Shown: piece after piece, positions 46,441-56,836 of the stretch
Layout of the letters: the number at the start of each line of letters is the position of its first letter
Position numbering within the stretch: the stretch's first letter is position 1
Assembly (NCBI GenBank): GCA_965262505.1
Contig: CBDHFM010000012.1
Coordinates: 37,268 to 101,267 of the forward strand
From: Vicinamibacterales bacterium
Lineage (GTDB): Bacteria > Acidobacteriota > Vicinamibacteria > Vicinamibacterales > UBA2999
Reading direction: 5' to 3'
Length of the DNA: 64,000 nucleotides
Notes under the pieces: model-generated
Told to the model about the DNA's origin: nothing
The model's input: only the letters and a program-made list of their open reading frames with translations
The model's database searches: none
Translations under genes and position numbers: made by a program

Positions 46441-48441
46441 CTACGAGCCCTGCCGCCGCCGCCGATACAACTGCCGCGCACCGCCACCCATCAGGCCAAA
46501 CCCGAGCAGCCACTGCGCAATCAACGGCAGCGCTGGCACCGGCTCCGGCGGCGCTTCAGTCACGGTCACCATAACCTGCATGTGGCCGCTGACGCCGCTG
46601 CCCGTGGCCGTCACGGTCACCGACTCGTTGGCCGTCAACATCACGGAGCCGCTCGTCTCGCCCATCGCGATCGTGATCGAGTCGGCATCCAGTGTGCCGT
46701 CACCCACCACGGACAGATCAATCGTGGCCGCGCCGTCTCCAACCGTGACGGCTCGGTTGGCCGTCGCGGTGATCATCGTCGTGCCGCCCGCCTCGATCTC
46801 CATGGGATCGGCGCTCAGCCTGACCACCAGTTCCGTGTCTTCCACCGTCACGGGGAACGTGAGCTCGGCGACGTTCGACACGGTCTGCGACGACATGAGC
46901 GAGGACGATGCCATTCTCGCCGTCCCGGTGACGGTGATCTTGGCCTCGCCGGCCATCAGCGCGTTGATCGTGACCGTATCGCCCGACGCGGACGCACTGG
47001 CCGAGTCACCCTCCACGGAGACGCCGTAGCTGGCCGTGTAGCCGTCCATCACATCGAACAGGTCACTCGTCATGAGCGTGACCGTGTCACCCGGGTTCAG
47101 GCCGTCGTCGCCGCCCCCCGCCGTAATCGCGGCCATGAGCGCCGCGTAGTCGGCCTCACTCGCCTTCGGCGTAATCTTCTTCGTCGTCTCGTCCTCAATG
47201 TTCAGCGACAGCACACCCGCGCTCGTGCGGGTCCCTGGGCCGTTGGCGCTCTCACCGGACACCACGGCGTCGAACATGAGCGATTCCATGCCGACATCCT
47301 CGTCCGACCGCACCTCGATTTTTATGACAGCGCTCATCCCTTTGGCCATCTTGATGTCGGCCGACCCGACCAACGTGTAGTCCGCCGAATCGGCCGTGCC
47401 GGTCGGCATGAACGCCACCGTGAGGTTCTCTGCGGCGTTCATGGCTTTGCCCTTGTCGTCGACCACCATCACCGCCACCATGGCGGTTTCGCCTTCCTTC
47501 ACCGACATGGGTTGCGGGTCGAGGGCCTTGCCGTCCTTATCGACCACCATCATCGCGACCGCAGGCAGCGCGTTCTTGTCTTCGATATCGATGGACAATG
47601 CGTCAACCAACGTGGCATTCCCCGCCGAGCCCGAATACACGGAGACCGTGATCGTGTCTTCGACACGGTTCTTGTCGTTCCCGCCCAGGGTGATGGTGAT
47701 GTCCTCCGAACGGTTGTCCTCGTTAAGCGTGGGGACGGTGGCAGTCACCGGAGCGGTGATGCTGGCAAGAGTCGGCGGACTGTCAATTTGCACCGACAGA
47801 TCCGCGGAGCCGTTGACGTGTGCAGGGTTCGCGGTGACGGTCACCGTGATCGGATCGCCCCCCTCCTCGGGCTCCGCGTCGTCATCCAAGGTCAGGTCGT
47901 AGGACTGGGTCTCGTCGTCATCAATGGTGAGCGTCGTTGGGCTACCTGACGCTTCTGCGATGGTGTCGCCGTCCGCATCCTTAAGGCCACCGTCCACCAG
48001 AACGAAACTCCAATCGAAGACCTCATCCTCCGCGTCCAAGTCATGGGTCGTCTGCACCCGGATAGTGCGCGTTGCAGAGTACGAGACGGGGCTTAAGGTG
48101 GCGTTCGACGGAATTGCGAAAGTTGCGACGAGGCCTAGTTGCGCCGTGTTGATATCTTCTGTCTCACCCGCGGTGGCGGTGGCCGTGGCAGTTCCGGCGA
48201 CAATTTCCGCTGTCACGGTCGCCGTGGCCGCCGCGGTGGGAGTGTCCGCGTCCTGGGCGGCGTCGATCATCCCCTTGAGGGTCACGGTCACCGTGACGCT
48301 GTCGCCCTCGGCCACCGCTTTATCCGCCCTGATGGTGGCCTGTGCCGACGCCGTCCCCGCGGACGCCACCAGCAGCACAATCGCGGCAAGAGCCGTGAGC
48401 CAGTAGCCCTTTCGCATAAAAGTTGATCTCGCTCCGTTCAT
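46441..48441 (-). CDS. IPTL-CTERM-like surface protein, allele 3 (promoter-proximal)
   Basis: C-terminal half closely similar to allele 1, N-terminal half divergent; same signal peptide start and sorting signal. Confidence 0.85.
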   Translation of the reverse strand: MNGARSTFMRKGYWLTALAAIVLLVASAGTASAQATIRADKAVAEGDSVTVTVTLKGMIDAAQDADTPTAAATATVTAEIVAGTATATATAGETEDINTAQLGLVATFAIPSNATLSPVSYSATRTIRVQTTHDLDAEDEVFDWSFVLVDGGLKDADGDTIAEASGSPTTLTIDDDETQSYDLTLDDDAEPEEGGDPITVTVTANPAHVNGSADLSVQIDSPPTLASITAPVTATVPTLNEDNRSEDITITLGGNDKNRVEDTITVSVYSGSAGNATLVDALSIDIEDKNALPAVAMMVVDKDGKALDPQPMSVKEGETAMVAVMVVDDKGKAMNAAENLTVAFMPTGTADSADYTLVGSADIKMAKGMSAVIKIEVRSDEDVGMESLMFDAVVSGESANGPGTRTSAGVLSLNIEDETTKKITPKASEADYAALMAAITAGGGDDGLNPGDTVTLMTSDLFDVMDGYTASYGVSVEGDSASASASGDTVTINALMAGEAKITVTGTARMASSSLMSSQTVSNVAELTFPVTVEDTELVVRLSADPMEIEAGGTTMITATANRAVTVGDGAATIDLSVVGDGTLDADSITIAMGETSGSVMLTANESVTVTATGSGVSGHMQVMVTVTEAPPEPVPALPLIAQWLLGFGLMGGGARQLYRRRRQGS

Positions 48442-48482
48442 GAGTGTCGCTCCTTTAAGACTAGGGGGTAACGGTTACTTCT
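48414..48482. repeat. Direct repeat copy 3, right boundary of element B
   Basis: One mismatch to copies 1 and 2. Confidence 0.85.
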
Positions 48483-48654
48483 GCTGTGGGGGTAACGTTG
48501 CTTCTTTATATCTACGGTTTAACGGTTACTGCTTCTGTCCAGTGGGGCAAGAAATAGTGATCATCCTTCGGCGTAACTCAGCTACCTGCTGTGCCGTCAA
48601 CACCTGGATGTATGAGAGTGGTCCCTGCTTCTCATATCGAAAACTCACCGACAA

Positions 48655-48683
48655 ACTATAGAGGCTTTGTCGCGAAAACGCAA
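48655..48683 (-). promoter_or_regulatory. Predicted sigma70 promoter of the surface-protein locus
   Basis: TTGCGT (48683-48678), 17 bp, TATAGT (48660-48655) with AT-rich upstream sequence; implies a leader of about 200 nt. Confidence 0.55.
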
Positions 48684-48840
48684 AATGAAAGCCCTCTTTA
48701 AAAATTCGGCCCGGCCAGAGACCAAGCCAACCGGACGCAAACAAAAGGGAAACGAAACCCCATGACCGCGCTGGCGGCCGTGGCAGGGGGCGGTCCGGCA
48801 GGACGATAATTTGACCGACGGTCCGCCGTACAAACGGTTG

Positions 48841-49075
48841 GTGTACGTCAAGTTGTGCAAATTCAGATTCATGGCTGAGGCTGATGCCGTGATTGGTTAA
48901 GCCGCGGGCCGCAGTTCTTTCTTCTGCTCCTTCAGAAACTCCATATTCAGGTAGCGGTAATCTTCGAGCCACCCCTCGTGGACCTCAGCGCAGAGTGCGC
49001 GCACCAGACCGAGGCAGCTGGGCGGGTTCGGGAAGATGCGCACGACCCGCGTGCGACGCGTGATCTCTTCATTGA
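48841..49075 (-). pseudogene. IS256-family 3' remnant with terminal repeat
   Basis: Hand translation NEEITRRTRVVRIFPNPPSCLGLVRALCAEVHEGWLEDYRYLNMEFLKE; end motif tttgcacaacttgacgtacac. Confidence 0.75.
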
Positions 49076-49422
49076 TCCTGGAGGGACTCCTTCACCAGCC
49101 GTTTCAACAGCTCGCGGTCGCTGCCGATCAGGGCTTCAATCCGTTGGGACTTCGCGGGACGCTTGGCTTGAGTGGTCATGGTCTAGCTCCTTGTGAGTGA
49201 GGTCGATGTCAGCCAGCTATCAACCTCTTGCCATGACCGCTCGTCTTTCTCAAGCGCTTTTGCACACAGAACGAAACACTACCCGTACAAACTTGCGCGC
49301 CCAGCCAGAGACCAACCAACTGGGCGCGCAAGCCAAAGGAGGAAGCCCCCTGACCCCACACCAGTCTACCTGATCACATCCCACACGATCAACATCCCAA
49401 ATAATGGGATACGTCCTGCGCC

Positions 49423-50897
49423 CTAACAGGCTGTGGCAGAACTGCCTTCGTGCAGCCCTGGAAGAATGTGTGGCTGAGTCGGCGTCATCGAGCGAATCCA
49501 CGATGGAACGGTCCAATTTTCCGACACGAGCGCCGCGGAGCGCGATACGAGGCCCCAGAAGCGGCGCAATGCGAGCAGCAAGGCGTCGCCGAGGGCATAG
49601 GCGCGGCCCTGGAGGCCGCGCGGCGTCCCGACGCCGAGCAGTTGCCGCATGAGCAGCCCGAGATTCAAGCCGCAGACCTGCAGGAGCAGGCGCTTGAGGA
49701 TGTTGCCGTGTCCGCGCAGGTGCACGCGGCGCATCCCTCCGGTTGCGTAGAGATGCGCATTGGGACGTTCGAGGCGTTCACCGCGTCGACGCAGTAGCCG
49801 CTTACCGCGTGCGCCGCGAATCCGTCGCCGGTTGGCATACACCGCGTCACGGGCGACGTGCTTCCCGCGCCAGTTGCGCCGGCCCCGGTCGGGCTCCGAC
49901 ACGTAGCTGCGGATCTCCACCTCGGCCAACGTGACCAGTGTCTGGTTGCTGTGGTAGCCCTTGTCGCAGACCAGCTCCGCGATGCCGGGCCCCGCCGGCA
50001 GCACCGCGTCGACCTGCTCGGCGGCGGTAACCAGCGTCTCGAGCATCGTCTGGGTGTCGCCGGCATCCGCGGCCTGGACACTGACGCCGACCACCGCGCC
50101 CGTCTCCAGGTCCACGGCATGCTCGGCCTTGTGCGCCAGGCGGGTCCTGCCGTCCTTCATCTTCGTGATCTTCGCGTCCGGGTCCTTGGGATGCGTCCAG
50201 TCGTCGTTGGACCCCTTCTTCGGGCGCTTGCGGTCCAGGCGGGCCAACTCGGCGCGCGTCGGCGTGGCGATGCCCGAAGCCGCCGCCAGGTGGCGCAGGA
50301 ACGTCTCGTAACCCGCGCCCGTATCCCGGCGTACGATGCTTCGAAGCGCCGCATTGGCTTCCAGCGTCGTCGCGTCGATGCCGACCGTCTTGCCCCCGAC
50401 CAGGCCCGCGTCGGCCAGCCGCTGCAGCACCCAGGTGAAGACCGCCAGGTGCGTCTCGACGTCGATCCGTCGCCGCGTGCGCGACACCGTCGAGTGGTCC
50501 GGCGGCGCCGCGTCGAGCGACACGTCGAGGAACTGCCGCAGGCTCAGCGAATCGGCGGCCCGCCACGCAATCGCCCGTTCCGAGTCCAGCCCCTCGAAGT
50601 AGCCGAGCAGCAGCATCCGGAAGTAGCGGCCCGGCACCAGGCTCGGCCGACCGACCCCGTCGGCATAGAACTTGGCGCACTGCTCCTCGACGAAGGCGTC
50701 GAAGCCCGCCGCGTCGAGGATACGATTCAGGCGTTCGTAAAACGGATGGCCCGCGCTGCGCGGCAGGTCCGAACTGGACACCCACATCGACGGCTGCCGC
50801 CCGCCACGGCAGCGCTTGCCCATTGCCATGGAAGGAAGTGTCGTACGTCAGATCGACCCTGTCGATCCCGATCAGGGACTTTCACCACAGGCTGCTA
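49423..50897 (-). mobile_element. IS1182-family insertion sequence (transposase 49423-50829)
   Basis: GRPSL, SERAI, PDHSTVSR, IDATTLEANA, DPDA and DKGY; imperfect terminal IRs aggctgtggcagaa / agcctgtggtgaa. Confidence 0.8.
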
Positions 50898-51227
50898 GGG
50901 TTTTCTTGGACACTTGATTGCGAGAGAGTTCTCGCAGGAGGAGTGTCGAGATGAGAAAGCACGATCTATGGTTCGGGCGGTGGTGGAGGGCACCCGGCCG
51001 AAGCCGCCTTCATGACCGTGGGAACTGCGGCGATCGAGAACCGGACTGATACCCCGGCTGCCGCGCTGGACCGGTAGAGGGCGCACTACCGGGTGCGGCA
51101 GGCTGGAGCATCCCGATTGAACCGCTCCTGGATCGTATCCGGTCCGCGCCGGGCGTTCAGTCAGATATTGAATCAGCTGGACCTGCGGGATCGGTGAGCG
51201 AGATGGCTCCCGTACGCTGCCCAGGTC

Positions 51228-51980
51228 TTACTGAAACCGTTTCGCGTCCGCTGAGGCGTAGCTAGCCATCGCGCGGTCAAGCGAGACGGTCGACTCGAGT
51301 GCGTCGACGACTTCACTCAGCCGCCGGACAGGGATGGCACAGGTCATCTCTTCGGCCTTCATCCCGGTCCGCAAACGGCTGAGCGCACATCCGACGCTGG
51401 CAGCCACCGCCCCCTGCTCCTTGGCGATGGCAATGATGTGGCATTGGGGCTTCCCTTCGATCAGCAGATCAGGAAACGCATCCTTCAAGGTCATCATTGC
51501 CAGACCGTTGATCCGTAACAAGACGACGTCAGGCTCGGCCTGAGTTTCGGCCAGCGGACCATACACCACCGTCCCTGGTCTCGTGGTCACCACCGGGAGT
51601 TGTTCCACCGCCGCTATGTCGACCCAACCCGACTCCAGCACGGCTCCGACATCGTCTTTCGTCGCGGCCTCCTTGAGGGTGAGAAACCCATGGGTGAGGC
51701 TCCCGACCGAGCAGTTGGCATGGTCGGTGGCCGTGGTGGAAAACGATTCACTGGCGCCCCGAATCCAGAACACACATCCGGCCGGAACCTGTCCCGTTCG
51801 CCCACTCGCATTCGGCTCCGGGTAGCCGTCATCAAGCCTCGCCACCGGCGATGTCTGGCCCTCCGCCAGAAAAGAAATCGCGATGGGCGGCGCATAGGGC
51901 TTCAGTGTCGCCACCAGTCGATCGTTCAGCGACCGCCAGTGCCCTTGCCCGGTGGTCGTTCCGCTCTGGTCGTCATCCAT
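51228..51980 (-). CDS. DUF169-family protein
   Basis: PIAISF, AGCVFW, NCSVG, VVYGPL, PDVVL, SVGC and RTGM. Confidence 0.7.
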   Translation of the reverse strand: MDDDQSGTTTGQGHWRSLNDRLVATLKPYAPPIAISFLAEGQTSPVARLDDGYPEPNASGRTGQVPAGCVFWIRGASESFSTTATDHANCSVGSLTHGFLTLKEAATKDDVGAVLESGWVDIAAVEQLPVVTTRPGTVVYGPLAETQAEPDVVLLRINGLAMMTLKDAFPDLLIEGKPQCHIIAIAKEQGAVAASVGCALSRLRTGMKAEEMTCAIPVRRLSEVVDALESTVSLDRAMASYASADAKRFQ

Positions 51981-52263
51981 GTTCCGCTCCTGTTCGCCTG
52001 TGGGCCGTGATGCTCTGGGGCTGGCGCGAGTCGATCGTGAATCGACCGCATCGTTGCTCAACGCGCCACTTTGACGCAGTCGAACGACAAGCCACTATAC
52101 AGAAGAGAAGCGAAGGACGGCAGCAAAGCTCCCGTGGCGACCCGGGCTGTTGAAGTGTGACGAAGCCATCCCTTCATCGACTCCCGCCCTCCACCCAGAG
52201 CACCGCTCTGACATTTCATAATTGTAGTATTACATAATTGTGACATTACATAGTTCCATAATT

Positions 52264-52590
52264 TCACTTATACTTACGGTTCCATGCGGCAAGCAACGTT
52301 TCGAGTAAATCGGAAAAATCAGGCCGGTCGCTTTTCAGCCGCAGCTTGTCGAGGGCTTCGCGGTGCGTGACGGCTTTCAGTAAGACGGTGTATTGCTTGT
52401 AGTCGGGGTTTCCTCGCTTCCCGATCGGTCGTCCGGGGCCGCGTTTGTCACCCGGTTGAGAGACCCGGCGCGGCGCGGGCTTCGGCGTCGATTCTTCGCT
52501 ACCCTGCTCTTCCACGGCGGGCGGCGGCTGAGGGTCACGTAGGCCCTTGAGGGCATCGGCAATGCCTGTGTTGCGGCGAAACGTGCTCAC
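52264..52590 (-). CDS. Small ParA partner protein
   Basis: GRPIGKRGNPDYKQYT...DFSDLLETLL; overlaps the parA stop. Confidence 0.65.
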   Translation of the reverse strand: MSTFRRNTGIADALKGLRDPQPPPAVEEQGSEESTPKPAPRRVSQPGDKRGPGRPIGKRGNPDYKQYTVLLKAVTHREALDKLRLKSDRPDFSDLLETLLAAWNRKYK

Positions 52591-53192
52591 TGGACCATCT
52601 CCCGGCCGACGGCCTCATACGCATCCCATGCCCGCGCTGCGTAGGGATCACCCTTCACGGCACAGACGGGGACACCCTGCGCCACGGCCCGCTTGAACGC
52701 CTTGAGCAGCGGGATTTCAGCGGTGAACACGGGCACGTCGGCGGCGATGAGTTGCGCCCGGAGTTCTTCGGCTTCCTTCTCGCCTGTGGGAACCTTCACG
52801 ACCAAGACCCGGAAATTGACCGTGTCCATTTGGCGCAGTTCCTTGAGGGTGAGCATGAGCGCGTGGGTGTCGAGCGGATCGGGGGCCGCTGGAATCACCA
52901 GCAGATCGCAGCCCTCTGCCAGCGCCTTGAAGTCGTCTGGCCCGGGGCGGGCTTCGGTGTCGATGACAATATGGCCGCGCCCCCCGCTATAGTCGGCGGC
53001 GTGGTTCGCGCTCTGGAGGATGTCGGCCACTTTGAAGGGCATCTGGCCTGCGGTGTCCCAGACAAGGGCCTGGCGATTCGGGTCGCCGTCGAGCAACAGT
53101 GTCGGCGCAAGCCGTTGAAGGTAGGTGGCAAGGTGAACGGCGGTTGTCGTCTTGGCAATCCCGCCCTTGAAGCTGGCGACGGTAATAATCAC
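52587..53192 (-). CDS. parA: Short ParA-family ATPase
   Basis: SFKGGIAKTT, DGDPN and IVIDT. Confidence 0.88.
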   Translation of the reverse strand: MIITVASFKGGIAKTTTAVHLATYLQRLAPTLLLDGDPNRQALVWDTAGQMPFKVADILQSANHAADYSGGRGHIVIDTEARPGPDDFKALAEGCDLLVIPAAPDPLDTHALMLTLKELRQMDTVNFRVLVVKVPTGEKEAEELRAQLIAADVPVFTAEIPLLKAFKRAVAQGVPVCAVKGDPYAARAWDAYEAVGREMVQ

Positions 53193-53209
53193 ACGGGCGA
53201 GAATAACAG

Positions 53210-53272
53210 AATTTCATAATTATGAACTATGTAAGTTTGAAATTTCATAATTATGTATTTCTGTAAGTAATT
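53210..53272. repeat. parS-like AT-rich repeats; second cluster at 52213-52264
   Basis: Repeated TT(T/A/C)CATAAT units on both sides of the par operon. Confidence 0.6.
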
Positions 53273-53424
53273 TCTTGTACGGATTGGCCAATTCCTGGAG
53301 CGAGGATGACCGGTAGCATGGGTCGGTCAGGATTCCGTGTGCCTCGATTTCCGCCTACGCCCCCGCGCCGATCACCGTGGTCGTGGTCTGGATCACCAGC
53401 GCGAGCGTCAGGTTGGATCCCACC

Positions 53425-53820
53425 ACACATCGCGCCGCTCGTCGGCGCATCCAGTCGCGCGCCTTGGCGGGCGTCGGAGCCTTCCCGTAGAGATGCTTGC
53501 AGACGGAACGAACAACCGGACCAGCGACGGGAAAAACCGCCCGCCTCACGTCACCGACTCTGGACTGATGAGCCTGAGCGTGCGCCACGTCGAATAACGG
53601 TCGATCGAGACGCGTCGATGCTCTTTTGTGGGGGTGCCGTCGAGCAGTTGTTGGAGGAATCTACCTCGCTTCGATGCTACCCGAAACTCGCCAGCCGCTT
53701 GTAAATATTGCCCGTCGCCGTGCCGGATTTCCCCGCTCAATCCGCGCGAGTTCTTGGTGACTCTCCGGGTTGGTTTTGATGGGCGCAGCCGTCGGTCGTG
53801 CTGGTGTCCACGTTGAGCAC
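53425..53820 (-). pseudogene. Remnant of a third related element: 3' end of the conserved ORF plus deleted origin-like region
   Basis: SIDRYSTWRTLRLISPE*; cgggaaggctccgacg...gcgcgcgactggatgcgccgacgagcggcg matches 29518-29573. Confidence 0.7.
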
Positions 53821-53903
53821 GGGCTCGCCATTCACAAGGGTTTCACATATTATGCGGCGATATTGCTCCGGGAAACAAAGGGTTAAAACATACTCACTCA
53901 ACG

Positions 53904-54896
53904 ATGAGTCACCCCTCTCGACCAGTTCGGGGGTTCGTGCCCGTCGGCGACATAGCCGGCCGTCTTGGGTTGCCAGACGGGCGTGTCCTGATTCCCCGGC
54001 CGGCCACACTCGACGCGCAGCACCACTTCACCCAACTCGACCAGATAACGCAGCTCGTCGGCGCGAGTAAAACCGACGCCGACCTCGGCTTTATGGCGCG
54101 GCTGCTCGCGCTGTGCAGTCTGCCCCGCACCAATCCAGCCAATCGGAAAGAATACAAGCGCATCAATGGACCGTATACGCTCTACATGATTACCGGAGGC
54201 GGAAACAAACTCCCCTACGGCAACATCCCGCGTCTGCTCCTGGCGTGGGTCTGCACCGAAGCGGTCCGGACGCAATGCCGTGAACTGGTACTCGGTCGGT
54301 CGTTGTACGAGTTCATGCGAAAGCTCGGCATGGAGGATCGCAGCGGCGGCGCCCATGGCGAGCGGACGCGGCTGAAGAACCAGATGCGGCGGCTCTTTCA
54401 TTCCCAAGTGGAATTGATTTACGAGGACGAACAGGGCGAACGGTTCATCGCGTCGCGGATCGCGGATCGCGGCGAGTTCTGGTGGGACGCTAAACAGTCC
54501 ACCTCGCCGTCGTTATGGGACAGCACACTTCGGATCGGGGAAGAATTTTTCAATGAGATCGTCGCTCACCCGATCCCGCTCGACATGAACACCTTGAAAT
54601 CGCTCAAGCGGTCGCCACTCGGCCTCGACCTGTACTTCTGGCTCACGTACCGGACGTTCGCGCTCAAGTCCCCGCTGCGACTCTCATGGCGGCAACTCTA
54701 CCGACAATTCGGCGCAGACCAGACCAAAGCGAACGATAACGTCACCGTCCAAAACTTCCGCCGGAAGGTTCTCCGCGAGTTCAAGAAGATCAAGATGGCT
54801 TGGCCGGACCTGCACTATCGGACGGTCCAAGGGGCGCTGGTTCTCTCGCCCTCGCCCTCGCGTATCCCACCCTCGCAACTACGCGTCGTGGAATAG
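53904..54896 (+). CDS. repA: Plasmid replication initiator RepA_C, second copy
   Basis: Full-length paralog of 38310-39305. Confidence 0.85.
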   Translation: MSHPSRPVRGFVPVGDIAGRLGLPDGRVLIPRPATLDAQHHFTQLDQITQLVGASKTDADLGFMARLLALCSLPRTNPANRKEYKRINGPYTLYMITGGGNKLPYGNIPRLLLAWVCTEAVRTQCRELVLGRSLYEFMRKLGMEDRSGGAHGERTRLKNQMRRLFHSQVELIYEDEQGERFIASRIADRGEFWWDAKQSTSPSLWDSTLRIGEEFFNEIVAHPIPLDMNTLKSLKRSPLGLDLYFWLTYRTFALKSPLRLSWRQLYRQFGADQTKANDNVTVQNFRRKVLREFKKIKMAWPDLHYRTVQGALVLSPSPSRIPPSQLRVVE

Positions 54897-54971
54897 AAGC
54901 GCGCTCGGTGATGAGGTTGGTCCGTGGCGTGCGACCGTGGGCAGGGCCCCTCACACCTTGGGAGGCCGGGC

Positions 54972-56670
54972 CGTGTCAACGTCTTTGAGACAACCTGGTT
55001 CAGCATTTACTGTAGCGACTCCACGCCATCGACGCGGTGCAACGACGACCGATCGAGCGGCGGTCGCGGCCGGGCAACGACCGCATGCTGCGAGTCGTCC
55101 GGGGTGCCGGTCGTCGGTCCTGGGGCATCCTGGCGGGTCGTTTTCGCCGGCGGATTGATCCATACGGCGGTCGGCAAGGTTTCTGGGCGTGGTGGTCCGC
55201 TGACGAATCGCTCCGGATGCGCGGCGTAGGCCACGAGGCGGGTGCGGTGACGCAGGTCGAGGATCGCCGGCGCGCGGCCGTAATGCACGGCGGCCGGCGT
55301 GAGATAGCTGAGGCCGCTGTGGTGGTGGGCGTCATTGTACCAAGCCAAGAGGTCGTGGCAGATGGCGCGCGCGTGTTCGAGTGCGCCGAACCGCTTCGGA
55401 AACGCCGGCCGATACTTGAAGGTGCGAAACTGCGCCTCCGAGAACGGATTGTCATTGCTCACGCGCGGCCGCGAGTGGCTGGCCGCGATGCCGAGGTCGG
55501 AGAACAACAGCGCGACGAGCTTGCTGCGCATGGGCGCGCCGCGGTCGGCGTGAATCGTGAGCTGCTGCGGCTGGATGCGCTGCTTCGCGCAGGTCTGCTC
55601 GATCAAGCGCTCGGCCAGGTGGGCGCTCTCCTTGACCGCCACCATCCAGCCCACGACGTAGCGGCTGAAGAGGTCGAGGATCACATACAGCGAGTAGTAG
55701 AGATAGGGGACCGGGCCCTTCAGCTTGGTGATGTCCCAGGACCAGACCTGATTCGGCGCCGTCGCGACGAGCTCGGGTTTGACGTACGCCGGATGCCGCA
55801 CCTGGTCGCGGCGCTCCCGCACTTCGTCGGCCTCGGCGAGCACCCGATACATCGTGCGCGGGGAGCAGAGGTATGTCTGCTCCTCAAGCAACGTCGCATA
55901 GACTTCGGCGGGCGATTGATCGACAAACCGCGCGCTGTGCAACGTGTCGCGGACGGCTCGCCGTTCGGCAGGGACCAGCGCGCGCGGCGACGGCGCGCGG
56001 GGCCGCCGGGGCGGCGTGGGCCGGCGCCGCCGATAGAGCGACGCGCGGGACACACCGATGCTCTGACACAACGCCGACGTCTCGCCCTTCGCCGTGACGG
56101 CCTCGATCGCGCGCATCAGTCGGTCTCGTCGGTGTCGAGGGGTGTCAGGGGGATCTCCAGGATCTCGGCAACTTTTTTTTGGAGGGCGATGATCGTCTCG
56201 GCCCGCTGCAGCTTCCGCTGGAGCCTGCGGTTCTCGGCTTCCAACTGCTTCACACGCGGGTCGATCGGACGTGGGGTCGGGCCGCGCCGACGTCCCCGCA
56301 TGTCCAGCAGGGCGCCCTGCTCACGCTGCCGTCGCCAGTTCGCCAAGTGCGAGCTATACAAGCCTTCTCGGCGCAGCAGCGCCCCCAGCTCGCCAGGCCG
56401 CTTGCACGCGTCCGCCCGCTTGAGGATGCGGAGCCGATACCCCGCCGTGAACCGGCGGCGCTGGGCTTTCGCCGGCACTTCAGGATCGGGTGCCGTCGCG
56501 GCTGACGTAGCCGTGGGCCCGAAGGCTCCGGTCGCCCTACGGGCTCCCTCCGCCTTCGGCCCCACGACCACGTCCATCTCCACGGCTGGTGGCATGCGAT
56601 TCATCCATCAAACCCTCCCCGCCCCGACACTAATCTCAATAAGGAGGTTGTCTCATAGATCATTGGCACA
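54972..56670 (-). mobile_element. IS3-family insertion sequence (orfA about 56116-56604, orfB 55007-56116)
   Basis: IRs gtgtcaacgtctttgagacaacc / gtgccaatgatctatgagacaacc; WSWDITKL, HADRG and DNPFSE; A8 slippery run near the orfA end. Confidence 0.88.
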
Positions 56671-56761
56671 GGGGGGGCTCCCATCGGCTCTCTGCAGCCA
56701 CCGTAGCGCCTTTTACACGGGGAGATTTCCACAAAACCCTGTGATTTTAAAAGTTTTCCGG

Positions 56762-56836
56762 CGGGTAAACGGGACACAATGTCTATCGGGTAAACGGGAC
56801 ACAATGATCCTTGATCTATCGGGTAAACGGGACACA
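56762..56836. repeat. Iterons of the second replicon
   Basis: cgggtaaacgggacaca three times, AT-rich GTAC-repeat flank, DnaA-like ATTTCCACA nearby. Confidence 0.75.

Larger units (their letters stand above)
14192..48482. mobile_element. Integrative conjugative element B (about 34.3 kb)
   Basis: Direct-repeat bounded; T4SS operon, T4CP, cI/cro-like pair, alpA and two integrases. Confidence 0.8.

Noticed and set aside
67-48441. Diversity-generating retroelement explaining allele variation
   Set aside because: No reverse transcriptase and no adenine-specific template/variable repeat pair; the differences include indels and domain loss.
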